A stretch of 57,206 nt of DNA. Origin: a virus. Its lineage: Duplodnaviria; Caudoviricetes. Location of the stretch: positions 1 through 57,206 of IMG/VR virus record IMGVR_UViG_3300025769_000138, one strand, 5' to 3'. How positions within the stretch are numbered: position 1 is the first letter of the stretch; each line of letters begins with the position of its first letter. A program made the position numbers and the translations under genes. Below the pieces are notes generated by a model. The model worked only from the letters and a program-made list of their open reading frames with translations. It had not been told where the DNA came from and ran no database searches. This document shows, piece after piece, positions 49,139 through 57,206 of the stretch.

Positions 49139-49875
49139 ACTTCCTCCATATCTTTAATATCTTTCTCTAACAACCATACACTAACATCATTACAATAGAA
49201 AGACAAATGTTTTTTTATACTTAATGACTTACTTCTAGCATCTTTATCTAAAGCTACTATAACTTTCTTATACTTCTTTATCCAAGGAATATAAGCAGAC
49301 TTAAGATTAGTTCCTAGTAAAGCTAACCCAGTATATTCTGGATTCCTTAGCAAAGAACAAGCTGAAGTACAATCCTCAACTATTACTACAGTATCAGTAT
49401 CCCCTATAATAAAAGGCTTACTAATATTATCATGATAGTTAAGAGACTTAAGCTTAGATTTACCAGAGAGATCCCTACCTACTGCACCTATAATAGTGTC
49501 CTCATCCTTAATTAAGAATAATATTCTATCCTGCCTAGGGTCATAAGCTATAGGTAATCTATGAGCAAAATCCCGACAATAATGCTTATGTAAATATTGC
49601 ACCACCTTAGAGTTAGCTAGTCCATACTGTATATAATCAGGGAGTTTGAAAGGTTTAGGACTAGAAGTTCTTTTATCCTTTAAAGACTTTAGTTCTTCTC
49701 TAGTCCTCCCCTTATGCCAAGCTCCTCTAGCACTACACCCTGCTCTATAGCAATTAAATATTATAGTACCTTGATTATTAGTTACAGTAAAAGTATTACG
49801 CCCTCCACATACAGGGCAATCATACCTTTCTGTATTACCTAATGCTACAGAGTATAAGCTTAAGTCTACCCCCAT
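49135..49875 (-). CDS. DNA primase (Zn ribbon plus TOPRIM)
   Basis: CPVC...CYRAGC, IVED, ALDKDA, KDIKD. Confidence 0.88.
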   Translation of the reverse strand: MGVDLSLYSVALGNTERYDCPVCGGRNTFTVTNNQGTIIFNCYRAGCSARGAWHKGRTREELKSLKDKRTSSPKPFKLPDYIQYGLANSKVVQYLHKHYCRDFAHRLPIAYDPRQDRILFLIKDEDTIIGAVGRDLSGKSKLKSLNYHDNISKPFIIGDTDTVVIVEDCTSACSLLRNPEYTGLALLGTNLKSAYIPWIKKYKKVIVALDKDARSKSLSIKKHLSFYCNDVSVWLLEKDIKDMEEV

Positions 49876-49891
49876 AATAGATAACCTACTA

Positions 49892-50041
49892 TCATACCGA
49901 AAATAAAGCCAACCATTCTACAACTCCTTTAATACCAAAGATTAACGCCATTAAAATAATTAATACATATACTGGCACAAGTAAATGCTCTAACAATTTC
50001 TTTACTTTAGACCTCCACTTCTTAGATTCTATGAATAACAT
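49892..50041 (-). CDS. Small membrane protein (49 aa)
   Basis: Read by hand; GGAGG RBS; hydrophobic core. Confidence 0.5.
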   Translation of the reverse strand: MLFIESKKWRSKVKKLLEHLLVPVYVLIILMALIFGIKGVVEWLALFSV

Positions 50042-50042
50042 A

Positions 50043-50711
50043 TTAATATCCTCCTGTACATTTATTAGATTCTAGTAAAGTGAAAATCTTATCTGAATAA
50101 TCGTCTTCAGAATAAAAGTCTGGATTATATGTGTCTGATGTAGAACTTTCTTTAGATACATCAGGTAGCACAGACACTAACCTACCTATTAATGCAGATA
50201 AACTCTCTTTATCAATAGTATATCCTCTACCTAAAAACTTAACCATGCGAAGTAGAGATCCTGCACAATGCTCGTTTCTAATAGGTCTAGTATAAGTTAA
50301 CCTCTTAGTCTTTATATCTTCTAGAAACTCATCCAAATATACAACATAAGGTTTATTCTCTAATACATATAAACCTATTTGGTTAATAGTAAAATCAAAA
50401 TCCTCTATCATTTCTTTAGCATTCTGGTATGTCCACTTAGTAATAAGTTGGATAATAGATTCTCCCTTAATATAAAAACTAGTAGCATTATTGCTAGTGA
50501 AGTAACTATATGCTTTAGATTTTAAATACTCTTTAACTTCTTCTTGGATACCATATGTAGAGAAGATATCTATATCTTTAATATCCTCCCCTAATATATT
50601 ATCTCTAAGACATCCTCCTCCCACAAATACTTTACCTTGGAACTTAAGTAAAGTTGTCTTTACTACCATAGGTAGCGAGTCAAATAACTTATTAGCATCT
50701 ATCTCATTCAT
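50043..50711 (-). CDS. Nucleotidyltransferase, CCA-adding/poly(A) polymerase head-like
   Basis: GGCLRD, DIDIF, FDFTINQ. Confidence 0.75.
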   Translation of the reverse strand: MNEIDANKLFDSLPMVVKTTLLKFQGKVFVGGGCLRDNILGEDIKDIDIFSTYGIQEEVKEYLKSKAYSYFTSNNATSFYIKGESIIQLITKWTYQNAKEMIEDFDFTINQIGLYVLENKPYVVYLDEFLEDIKTKRLTYTRPIRNEHCAGSLLRMVKFLGRGYTIDKESLSALIGRLVSVLPDVSKESSTSDTYNPDFYSEDDYSDKIFTLLESNKCTGGY

Positions 50712-51189
50712 CTTCTTCTTCCTTTATTATAGTTATAGTTTTAAATCCTTCTTCTTCAGTAGGTATTTCAAAAGACTTTATCATACCTTCTAATACTGTT
50801 GGTGCTAAGTTCCTCCCAGACTTCCATTTATTCCTTCGTCTAATAGTATCTGGATCTACAATAAATACTACAGCATGGATGTCATATACAGTAGCAGGTA
50901 TCTTACTAAAGATCAACTTCCTTTTCTTCTTAGTAAGATTAGTTTGATCCCAGATAATATTATCCATATTAAAGACTGCTTCTTTAAGATCTTCATTCAT
51001 CTTAGACTGAGCTTTACCTATAAGATTATAGAACATTCTATTATAAGTAGAGCCTTTAGCTTTAACTTCCTCCTCTATATAATCATCTGTAGATAATACA
51101 GTATAATAGTTTAAGTCTTGTTCTTTCCTAAACCTAGTCTTACCAGAGTTAGGTACACCTACTAGGATATATGCTTGAGGTCTATCCAT
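50704..51189 (-). CDS. P-loop polynucleotide kinase-like protein
   Basis: GVPNSGKT, STD, DQTNL..R, PTEEEGF. Confidence 0.8.
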   Translation of the reverse strand: MDRPQAYILVGVPNSGKTRFRKEQDLNYYTVLSTDDYIEEEVKAKGSTYNRMFYNLIGKAQSKMNEDLKEAVFNMDNIIWDQTNLTKKKRKLIFSKIPATVYDIHAVVFIVDPDTIRRRNKWKSGRNLAPTVLEGMIKSFEIPTEEEGFKTITIIKEEEDE

Positions 51190-51346
51190 CAATCTCCCCT
51201 TCCCTGTCAAAGTACGAAGCCAATTCATAAAGCATATGATAATCTAAATCTTCAACACATTCTTTACCCCATTCCTTTACAAATTGATTAATACTATTGT
51301 CATCAATATTATCCTCTACCCATTGTAATAATTCATCATGTGTCAT
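51182..51346 (-). CDS. Small acidic hypothetical protein (54 aa)
   Basis: Read by hand; GGAGG RBS; overlaps both neighbours. Confidence 0.6.
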   Translation of the reverse strand: MTHDELLQWVEDNIDDNSINQFVKEWGKECVEDLDYHMLYELASYFDREGEIDG

Positions 51347-51527
51347 TTATAGCCCTCCCTTCTGGTCTATCTTCTGGGTTTATATCTTGCAATGAATGTC
51401 GTGTTGCACAGTCATGACAAAATAAACAAGACTGGTCACCAGCATCCTTACAAATTTCTTCACGGCGGTATTCGAGTTTTGTCGATCCGCAATTACCGCA
51501 TATGACATGTAATCTAGCGTGTACCAT
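51336..51527 (-). CDS. Zinc-ribbon protein
   Basis: CGNC and CHDC pairs. Confidence 0.65.
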   Translation of the reverse strand: MVHARLHVICGNCGSTKLEYRREEICKDAGDQSCLFCHDCATRHSLQDINPEDRPEGRAINDT

Positions 51528-52653
51528 CAATCTTCATCCTTAAATATTTATTATTAAAATCTTCAAACTTCTTATTAGAACCTAAGTAATTCTTCTCCAG
51601 AATATTATATAAAGTATCTAACATATCCCAATCTTCTTTATCTTCTATATCCCAGAACCTGAAGACTAAGAAAGTAGTCAGCTTATCTAACTTAGAATTT
51701 AAAGAGAACTCTTTCTTAGAATTAAAGATACTCTTGGCATTAGTTACTATGTCTGACATAGCATTAGCTAGAATAGCCATTCGATACTTAAAATCTTCTA
51801 TAAGATCTTGCATAATCTTTCTCTTCTCAGGATGTAGCTTAGGTAGTACATCATCTATATCTTCTGTAATAAATACATGAATAATATTCCTTAAGCTAGA
51901 TGTTATATTAACAAATCTATGTAGCTTAACATACCAATCAGTCTTAAGCTTTACCATCTGACCATCAGAATATCTTATGACTACTCCTTCTTCCTCTTCT
52001 CTATCTTTAATCCTAGCTAGATCATACATATCTCTAGTGTTAGGTACTACAGGTACTTCTCTTTCTTCTGCTAGTCTTCTCATATAATTATAACCTACGT
52101 ACATACCACTATTAATATCTCTAATAGCTAATAGCTTTAGATCATTCTTCTCATGGTGTAATACTATAGGTTCATCCTTATCCTCCCACTCAAAGATACA
52201 AGTAGTAGACGTACCTAGATAGGCTGCAAGATTTAGATACTCGGGTCTATACTTAACCCAAGCCTCTACCTTCTTACTTACATCTGTTATCCCTGCTTTA
52301 GTCATCCACTTCCATTCACCTTCTAACCATACAGGAGTAACCATGCTACCATCTAGCTTATCTAACACTACATGAGCTGGATCATCTATACATTTACTAT
52401 GCATAAGATTATATTGAGTAAATTCCTTCTCATCTATATTGAAGAACTTGTGGAAAGGTCTTCTGATTAAGAAGTTATTCTTATTAAATACTAATCCTCT
52501 ACATTCTAAATCATATTCATTATTAAATGTATCTCGATCCTGATGTGTATATATTAATACTTTATAATCTTCTTTATCTACTAGTTTGATATAAGGATTA
52601 TCTTTTACTTTAGGATATATATCCTCTAGTTTAAATAATAAAGGGAATGACAT
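51514..52653 (-). CDS. RNA ligase, T4 Rnl1 family
   Basis: ECRGLVF, FHKFFN, motif I KLDGS, EGVV, KLKTDWY. Confidence 0.9.
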   Translation of the reverse strand: MSFPLLFKLEDIYPKVKDNPYIKLVDKEDYKVLIYTHQDRDTFNNEYDLECRGLVFNKNNFLIRRPFHKFFNIDEKEFTQYNLMHSKCIDDPAHVVLDKLDGSMVTPVWLEGEWKWMTKAGITDVSKKVEAWVKYRPEYLNLAAYLGTSTTCIFEWEDKDEPIVLHHEKNDLKLLAIRDINSGMYVGYNYMRRLAEEREVPVVPNTRDMYDLARIKDREEEEGVVIRYSDGQMVKLKTDWYVKLHRFVNITSSLRNIIHVFITEDIDDVLPKLHPEKRKIMQDLIEDFKYRMAILANAMSDIVTNAKSIFNSKKEFSLNSKLDKLTTFLVFRFWDIEDKEDWDMLDTLYNILEKNYLGSNKKFEDFNNKYLRMKIDGTR

Positions 52654-52853
52654 TAGAATATCTCCTCAACTGTTATACTTCCTGAATTAAAATCTACATA
52701 AGATTCTTTGTTTACTGAAGAAATACCTACAGGATTAGAAGCAGGTGCATCCATAATATAATCTTGGTCTCCTACCCTTTCATGTTTAGAAGGAAATAAT
52801 ATACTTACCCACCCTTCATCATTGCCTACTTTATATACTGGTCTATCTCCCAT
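52653..52853 (-). CDS. Hypothetical protein
   Basis: TAATG-coupled ORF with RBS. Confidence 0.65.
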   Translation of the reverse strand: MGDRPVYKVGNDEGWVSILFPSKHERVGDQDYIMDAPASNPVGISSVNKESYVDFNSGSITVEEIF

Positions 52854-53089
52854 TACACTAACTCCTCTTCTACTTGGAAGTACCCTTTGACTAATACTAT
52901 ATCTCTATCTTTATCCATAGATATATATTTTCCTGAATTTAAACTTATACCTACCCTACTAGGTGAGTCTTCTTCATTTTCTTTATCTGTTAATATATAT
53001 AAACACTTACCTACTGAAAGCCTAAATACATCTCCATTTTTTATATCCTTTAAAGTTAATTTTTTATTTTTATTATGTCTTACTTCCAT
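52853..53089 (-). CDS. Hypothetical protein
   Basis: TAATG-coupled ORF with RBS. Confidence 0.65.
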   Translation of the reverse strand: MEVRHNKNKKLTLKDIKNGDVFRLSVGKCLYILTDKENEEDSPSRVGISLNSGKYISMDKDRDIVLVKGYFQVEEELV

Positions 53090-55059
53090 TACACTAACTC
53101 CTTAAACTTTATATCTCTAACCATTCTCTTAATCTCCCTGACTCCATTCTTCTTGATACTATCATAGTCTAGGATTGAGTCAAGATCTTTATCAGATAAT
53201 TCTTCACCTAATAAATTGTTAGTAATAATCCTAGCAGAATCCCTATCTATAGTATTGAATTGTACAATCCTATCAAACCTATTTCTTAATTCAGGACTGA
53301 AAGTATTCTCTATAATATCTTGATCTATAGTCATACCTTCAGAACCAAAACCAATAGAAGGTCTATATGTAGCTCCTGAATTACTAGTAGCTATAATAAT
53401 AGTGTTAGAACAATCCAACTCCTGCCCAAAACTATCTGTCACCACCCCTCTATCTAATATCTGAAGGAATAATTCCCTTACTTCAGGGTGGGATTTCTCT
53501 ATCTCATCTAATAATATGACAGTGTAAGGATTAAACCTTAGCTTATCTGTTAATACACCCCCTTCTTCATACCCGACATACCCAGGAGGGGAACCTATTA
53601 ACTTGGCTTTAGATATAGACTCAGAATACTCTGACATATCTAATCTTAAGAACTGCATAGATAATTCTTCAGCTATAATCTTAGCAGTCTCCGTCTTACC
53701 TACTCCTGTATGCCCTGTAAATAGGTAGGAGGCTATAGGTTTATCAGGTTCATGTAGGTAGCTATACCCAAATAAAAGTTGCTCTGTAATGGTGCTTAAA
53801 ATGCGATCCTGACCTATTATGTTTTCTTTAAGGTTATTATATAGAGAGTCTATCACTTCAGATATACAAGTAGTAAGCTTATGAATAGGTATTCCTGTCC
53901 TTTCAGATAAGGCTTCATTAATAATTTTCTTGGTGGTATTCTTTATACCTCTACCTTTAGCCATGACCATAGCATCATCTAATAGATCAAAAGATATATC
54001 AGGTTGATTACCATAGGATAAATATCTATCTGCCATATCATATAGATAACCTAGATTCTTAGCATAGATATGATGATAGTCTTCATATATTTTTTTATTA
54101 GCTTTAAGAACTTTCATAACAGATTCTTTATCTAATTCTTCCACATATATATTATGAAACCTTCTGACTAAAGCTTTATCATCTGCTATATAAGAATGAT
54201 ACTCAGCTTTAGTAGTAGCTCCTATAATCTGTAGTTTACCTTGAGTTAAGTAAGGCTTGAGAGTATCTACCATACCTGCTTGTTTAGTTTGAGTGATACC
54301 CGCACCTATAATAGTATGTATCTCGTCTATAAAAAGTATAGTTCTATGAGGCTTCTCGTTAATAGTATCTAGTAAATCCTTTAGTCTTTCTTCAAAGTCT
54401 CCTCTATATCTAGTACCTGCTACCATAGCTGTGACATTTAGTTCATAGATAGGTTGAGATAACATCTTACTTAAGCCTTTAACTACCGCAGTCTTACCTA
54501 CTCCTGCTTCTCCAACTAGGATAGCATTAGCTTTCTCTTTTCGATATAAGATAGATGCAAGTCTTGTTATCTCCTTGTCCCTTCCTACTATCTCTTTATC
54601 AGAGGGTTGTATCAAGGTGGTATAAGCTTTGAATGAAGGTGGCTGTTCATCTTCTTCTTTTAAGGAGGTATATTCCTTCTTTAAATAAAGAGATAGTTCT
54701 TCATGCTTCTTATGATTATATGTTGCTAAGACTGTATTTAAAGTTTTAAGATCAAACTCGTCATACCTCTTAGCAAATCTTGATAGGATGATATAATCAG
54801 AAAAGAATCTTATTAGATAGGTTGCTAAAGCCTCTGGTGTAGAAGGTAAATTCCTTATAGTCATTACTACAGGAGGCTCCTCATCCCCGTAGAAACTTAA
54901 TGTATCCACAAAGAAATCGTGGACTAAATCTTTTTTATCGAAGAATTTATTTAAGATCGTATTATATACAGGAGTATTTTCTATATCTATTAGTAGGTCG
55001 TAGGAGTCTATAATCCTCCTATTAGAATACTTCTCTACTAAGTCATTGTAATTAAACAT
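53089..55059 (-). CDS. ClpA-like two-ring AAA+ unfoldase
   Basis: GEAGVGKT/LFIDEIH and GHTGVGKT/LLDEIEK; pore loops RYRG and GYVG; IGF loop. Confidence 0.9.
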   Translation of the reverse strand: MFNYNDLVEKYSNRRIIDSYDLLIDIENTPVYNTILNKFFDKKDLVHDFFVDTLSFYGDEEPPVVMTIRNLPSTPEALATYLIRFFSDYIILSRFAKRYDEFDLKTLNTVLATYNHKKHEELSLYLKKEYTSLKEEDEQPPSFKAYTTLIQPSDKEIVGRDKEITRLASILYRKEKANAILVGEAGVGKTAVVKGLSKMLSQPIYELNVTAMVAGTRYRGDFEERLKDLLDTINEKPHRTILFIDEIHTIIGAGITQTKQAGMVDTLKPYLTQGKLQIIGATTKAEYHSYIADDKALVRRFHNIYVEELDKESVMKVLKANKKIYEDYHHIYAKNLGYLYDMADRYLSYGNQPDISFDLLDDAMVMAKGRGIKNTTKKIINEALSERTGIPIHKLTTCISEVIDSLYNNLKENIIGQDRILSTITEQLLFGYSYLHEPDKPIASYLFTGHTGVGKTETAKIIAEELSMQFLRLDMSEYSESISKAKLIGSPPGYVGYEEGGVLTDKLRFNPYTVILLDEIEKSHPEVRELFLQILDRGVVTDSFGQELDCSNTIIIATSNSGATYRPSIGFGSEGMTIDQDIIENTFSPELRNRFDRIVQFNTIDRDSARIITNNLLGEELSDKDLDSILDYDSIKKNGVREIKRMVRDIKFKELV

Positions 55060-55084
55060 CTTCTTGTCCTTATATATTAAAAAT

Positions 55085-55113
55085 TTGACATTAACTTTTA
55101 TTTATGGTATCAT
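55085..55113 (+). promoter_or_regulatory. Antisense-oriented sigma70-like promoter
   Basis: TTGACA-17 bp-TATCAT with extended -10 TG. Confidence 0.5.
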
Positions 55114-55139
55114 CTTGTTACCAAGGCGGGAGATAAAAC

Positions 55140-55310
55140 CTATAGTATAGAGTTAATATTATCTATAAGATTATCCATATGTTTAGTATCTAATTCTCTC
55201 TCTAAGATATTTAGTTCTTGTTCTATTCTATCTAGGATACTTCCTCCTTCTCCTTCATCATACTTTAAGTAAGTTTCTATATCATATAGTAGTTCTATTA
55301 AGTCTTCCAT
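55140..55310 (-). CDS. Small acidic hypothetical protein (56 aa)
   Basis: Read by hand; AAGGAG RBS. Confidence 0.6.
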   Translation of the reverse strand: MEDLIELLYDIETYLKYDEGEGGSILDRIEQELNILERELDTKHMDNLIDNINSIL

Positions 55311-55390
55311 TATAATAATTCTCCTTTAGTTATTAATCTTAAAGTTTCTTTATTTCTATTCCACCACTCTAGGCTATTATCTTCATGCTC

Positions 55391-55513
55391 TTATTCTCCT
55401 ATCTCTAAAGTATATTGTTTATTAATTAAAGTAACCCTAATATATTTATCATTAGGTACTTTCTTTAAGTGATTTTCTAATGCCTTTCTAGTGGTGAAGT
55501 TTAATAGTTTCAT
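55391..55513 (-). CDS. Small hypothetical protein (40 aa)
   Basis: Read by hand; AAGGAG RBS. Confidence 0.5.
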   Translation of the reverse strand: MKLLNFTTRKALENHLKKVPNDKYIRVTLINKQYTLEIGE

Positions 55514-55531
55514 AGTTTTATTCTCCTTTAA

Positions 55532-55708
55532 TTAAAAATCTTCTGATATAATCTCATTACATATTTCTTGTAAGTAAATTCTTATTTCATTTTTAATATA
55601 TTCCTTATCTTCCCTACTGGAGACATTTTCTATATATCCTAATGATCTAAATCTATCTCTCATTATACCCTTTATTATTTTTTCAAGCTCTGTTTCTATA
55701 GTGTCCAT
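55532..55708 (-). CDS. Small hypothetical protein (58 aa)
   Basis: Read by hand; AAGGAG RBS. Confidence 0.6.
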   Translation of the reverse strand: MDTIETELEKIIKGIMRDRFRSLGYIENVSSREDKEYIKNEIRIYLQEICNEIISEDF

Positions 55709-55711
55709 TAG

Positions 55712-56248
55712 TCACTCTCCTTGAGTTAAATATTCTCTAGCAAATTCTGGTATATAATCTCCCAACCAACTAGGTTTATATTTATCTGTATTAAACCATT
55801 GGTAAGTAAGATACTTCTGATATGCTTCTACTATAGGCAGGTGTGTGAAGTCAAGACCTTTTTCTTTAGACTTGGCACAATTAGGGAAGGGTGTTGTATC
55901 TTGATTGCCCTCCCAATACCTAATCAAAATATTTCCTGTATCCCAATGATCTATAATAGACTTATGGAGTTTACTTTTTCTCTTAAGGTATTCAGCACTA
56001 TAAGCCTGAAGTAAATTTAAAGTAAACATATAGTTCCCTATGCATTCCCTAACCCATATAGCACAAGGGTGGTTCTTATGCGTAGGTTTATAGACTGGAT
56101 TATCATTGCAGAATTCCCAATCCTTTACCCTATAGTGTTTAGCTGTAGATAATAGTTGAGTGGTTTCAAGTATCATCTTAGATAATCTCCTAGTGTCTAA
56201 ATCTCTAGCACATTCTATAGGGTTAAAGCTTGTTAAAAATATGTTCAT
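55712..56248 (-). CDS. Pyrimidine-dimer DNA glycosylase (DenV)-superfamily protein
   Basis: MNIF, KMILE..QLLST, YKPTHKNHPCAIW. Confidence 0.75.
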   Translation of the reverse strand: MNIFLTSFNPIECARDLDTRRLSKMILETTQLLSTAKHYRVKDWEFCNDNPVYKPTHKNHPCAIWVRECIGNYMFTLNLLQAYSAEYLKRKSKLHKSIIDHWDTGNILIRYWEGNQDTTPFPNCAKSKEKGLDFTHLPIVEAYQKYLTYQWFNTDKYKPSWLGDYIPEFAREYLTQGE

Positions 56249-56317
56249 GATATTAAATCCTTTTAATATTTATGTTTAAATCTTATTTAAACTATTGGTT
56301 ATTCTCCTTAATATAAG

Positions 56318-56764
56318 TTATTCGTATAGCCTTCTTGTAAATGAAATTCCATTCACTTCAGTATCTATATATAAATAGTCTTCATATATTCCAGAGGAAT
56401 CCCCATCTATATGATAGCCTATATCGCAGTTATATTTTTTCCGTATATCTGTCAAGGCTTTTTCCATATCATCGAGTCTTGCTTCTGCTATAGGTTTGGC
56501 TTCACTATACTTGGCTTGCTCTTTTTGTTTGTGTAGTTCGAGCATTTCTTGGTGTATATCCCATAATCCTAATTCCTTTATTGCATCTATATTATACTTG
56601 TAATGTCCCCTACTTTTATACCCTACTTCTACTATAGTATATTTAATATTAGAGTTAGGATTTTCTTTTTTCCATGTATAAAATTCTCCAAGTATTTCTT
56701 TAGTTTCTTTATTATAAGCTAAATTTATCCTAGTTTTATCTTTTGTTAAGTCTTTAATATCCAT
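56318..56764 (-). CDS. Hypothetical protein
   Basis: ORF with GGAGG RBS. Confidence 0.7.
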   Translation of the reverse strand: MDIKDLTKDKTRINLAYNKETKEILGEFYTWKKENPNSNIKYTIVEVGYKSRGHYKYNIDAIKELGLWDIHQEMLELHKQKEQAKYSEAKPIAEARLDDMEKALTDIRKKYNCDIGYHIDGDSSGIYEDYLYIDTEVNGISFTRRLYE

Positions 56765-56766
56765 GA

Positions 56767-57147
56767 TTAATCCTCCAAACTATCAAAATAATCTACAATA
56801 TAAGGCTTAAGTTCTTCGAGTTCCTCCCTTAGTATGTCTTGCAATAATATAGTAGCTAGTGTTTCACTATTAATATTCTCTAAGGTGTAGCCTCTATCAT
56901 GAGCAAGACTACTAGATGTCTGCAAACTAGGATCTTCCTTGCTTAAGAATTTTATTGCATTACTATAGTACACTATATCAGCAGAATGTATGTAGTTTTC
57001 TGTAAACCATTCAGTAAAATTATCAACACAAGTATCACCATCATAATAATCTAACGCTGTGTCAATGTCTTCTGTATAGTCGCTTAAGTATTTTGAGTTA
57101 TTAAATGCTTCAATTAATTTTTGTTTTTCTTGTGTGTTATTAGTCAT
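56767..57147 (-). CDS. Highly acidic early protein, possible Ocr-like DNA mimic
   Basis: About 27 D/E versus 8 K/R in 126 aa; ADIVYYS recalls the Ocr PHYY region; own promoter. Confidence 0.5.
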   Translation of the reverse strand: MTNNTQEKQKLIEAFNNSKYLSDYTEDIDTALDYYDGDTCVDNFTEWFTENYIHSADIVYYSNAIKFLSKEDPSLQTSSSLAHDRGYTLENINSETLATILLQDILREELEELKPYIVDYFDSLED

Positions 57148-57206
57148 AGTTTTATCCTTTCATTATGTAATTATAGTTTTATTTTACAGTATATATTTTG
57201 TATAAT
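56979..57206. repeat. Contig-end direct repeat, copy 2
   Basis: Matches 1..228 with two mismatches. Confidence 0.95.

Noticed and set aside
55310-55390. In-frame 26-codon extension after the stop of 55391..55513 as readthrough
   Set aside because: TAA is a poor readthrough codon; more simply a remnant of a deleted gene's 3' end

Overview
Apparently complete, circularly permuted genome (about 57 kb, AT-rich) of a lytic podovirus-like phage with two oppositely transcribed arms; the contig ends share a 228-bp overlap. The + arm (3.3-28.4 kb) is morphogenesis: depolymerase, TerS/TerL, portal, scaffold, major capsid, tail tubular proteins, fibres and internal virion proteins. The - arm (57.1-28.3 kb, entered from 1.9-0.3 kb) holds early, replication and metabolism genes: family A DNA polymerase, separate primase, intein-containing helicase, SSB, exonuclease, resolvase, NrdA, NrdB split by a 255-nt group I intron, ThyX, dNMP kinase and two tRNAs. 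No RNA polymerase, integrase or canonical endolysin is recognisable. The layout resembles SIO1/cobavirus-type podoviruses (inference). The accessory content reads as a counter-defence arsenal: NAMPT plus NMNAT-Nudix NAD+ salvage, an orphan MbcA/ParS/Xre antitoxin-like domain, an RNA-repair set, a ClpA-like unfoldase, an Ocr-like acidic protein and an AlaRS-like fragment. Other notable items are an AlgE-type alginate epimerase/lyase beta-helix with its catalytic motif intact, several unexplained structured RNAs, a parS-like site and 19-bp repeats bounding seven consecutive early genes. All family calls come from recognising motifs by eye; no searches were run.
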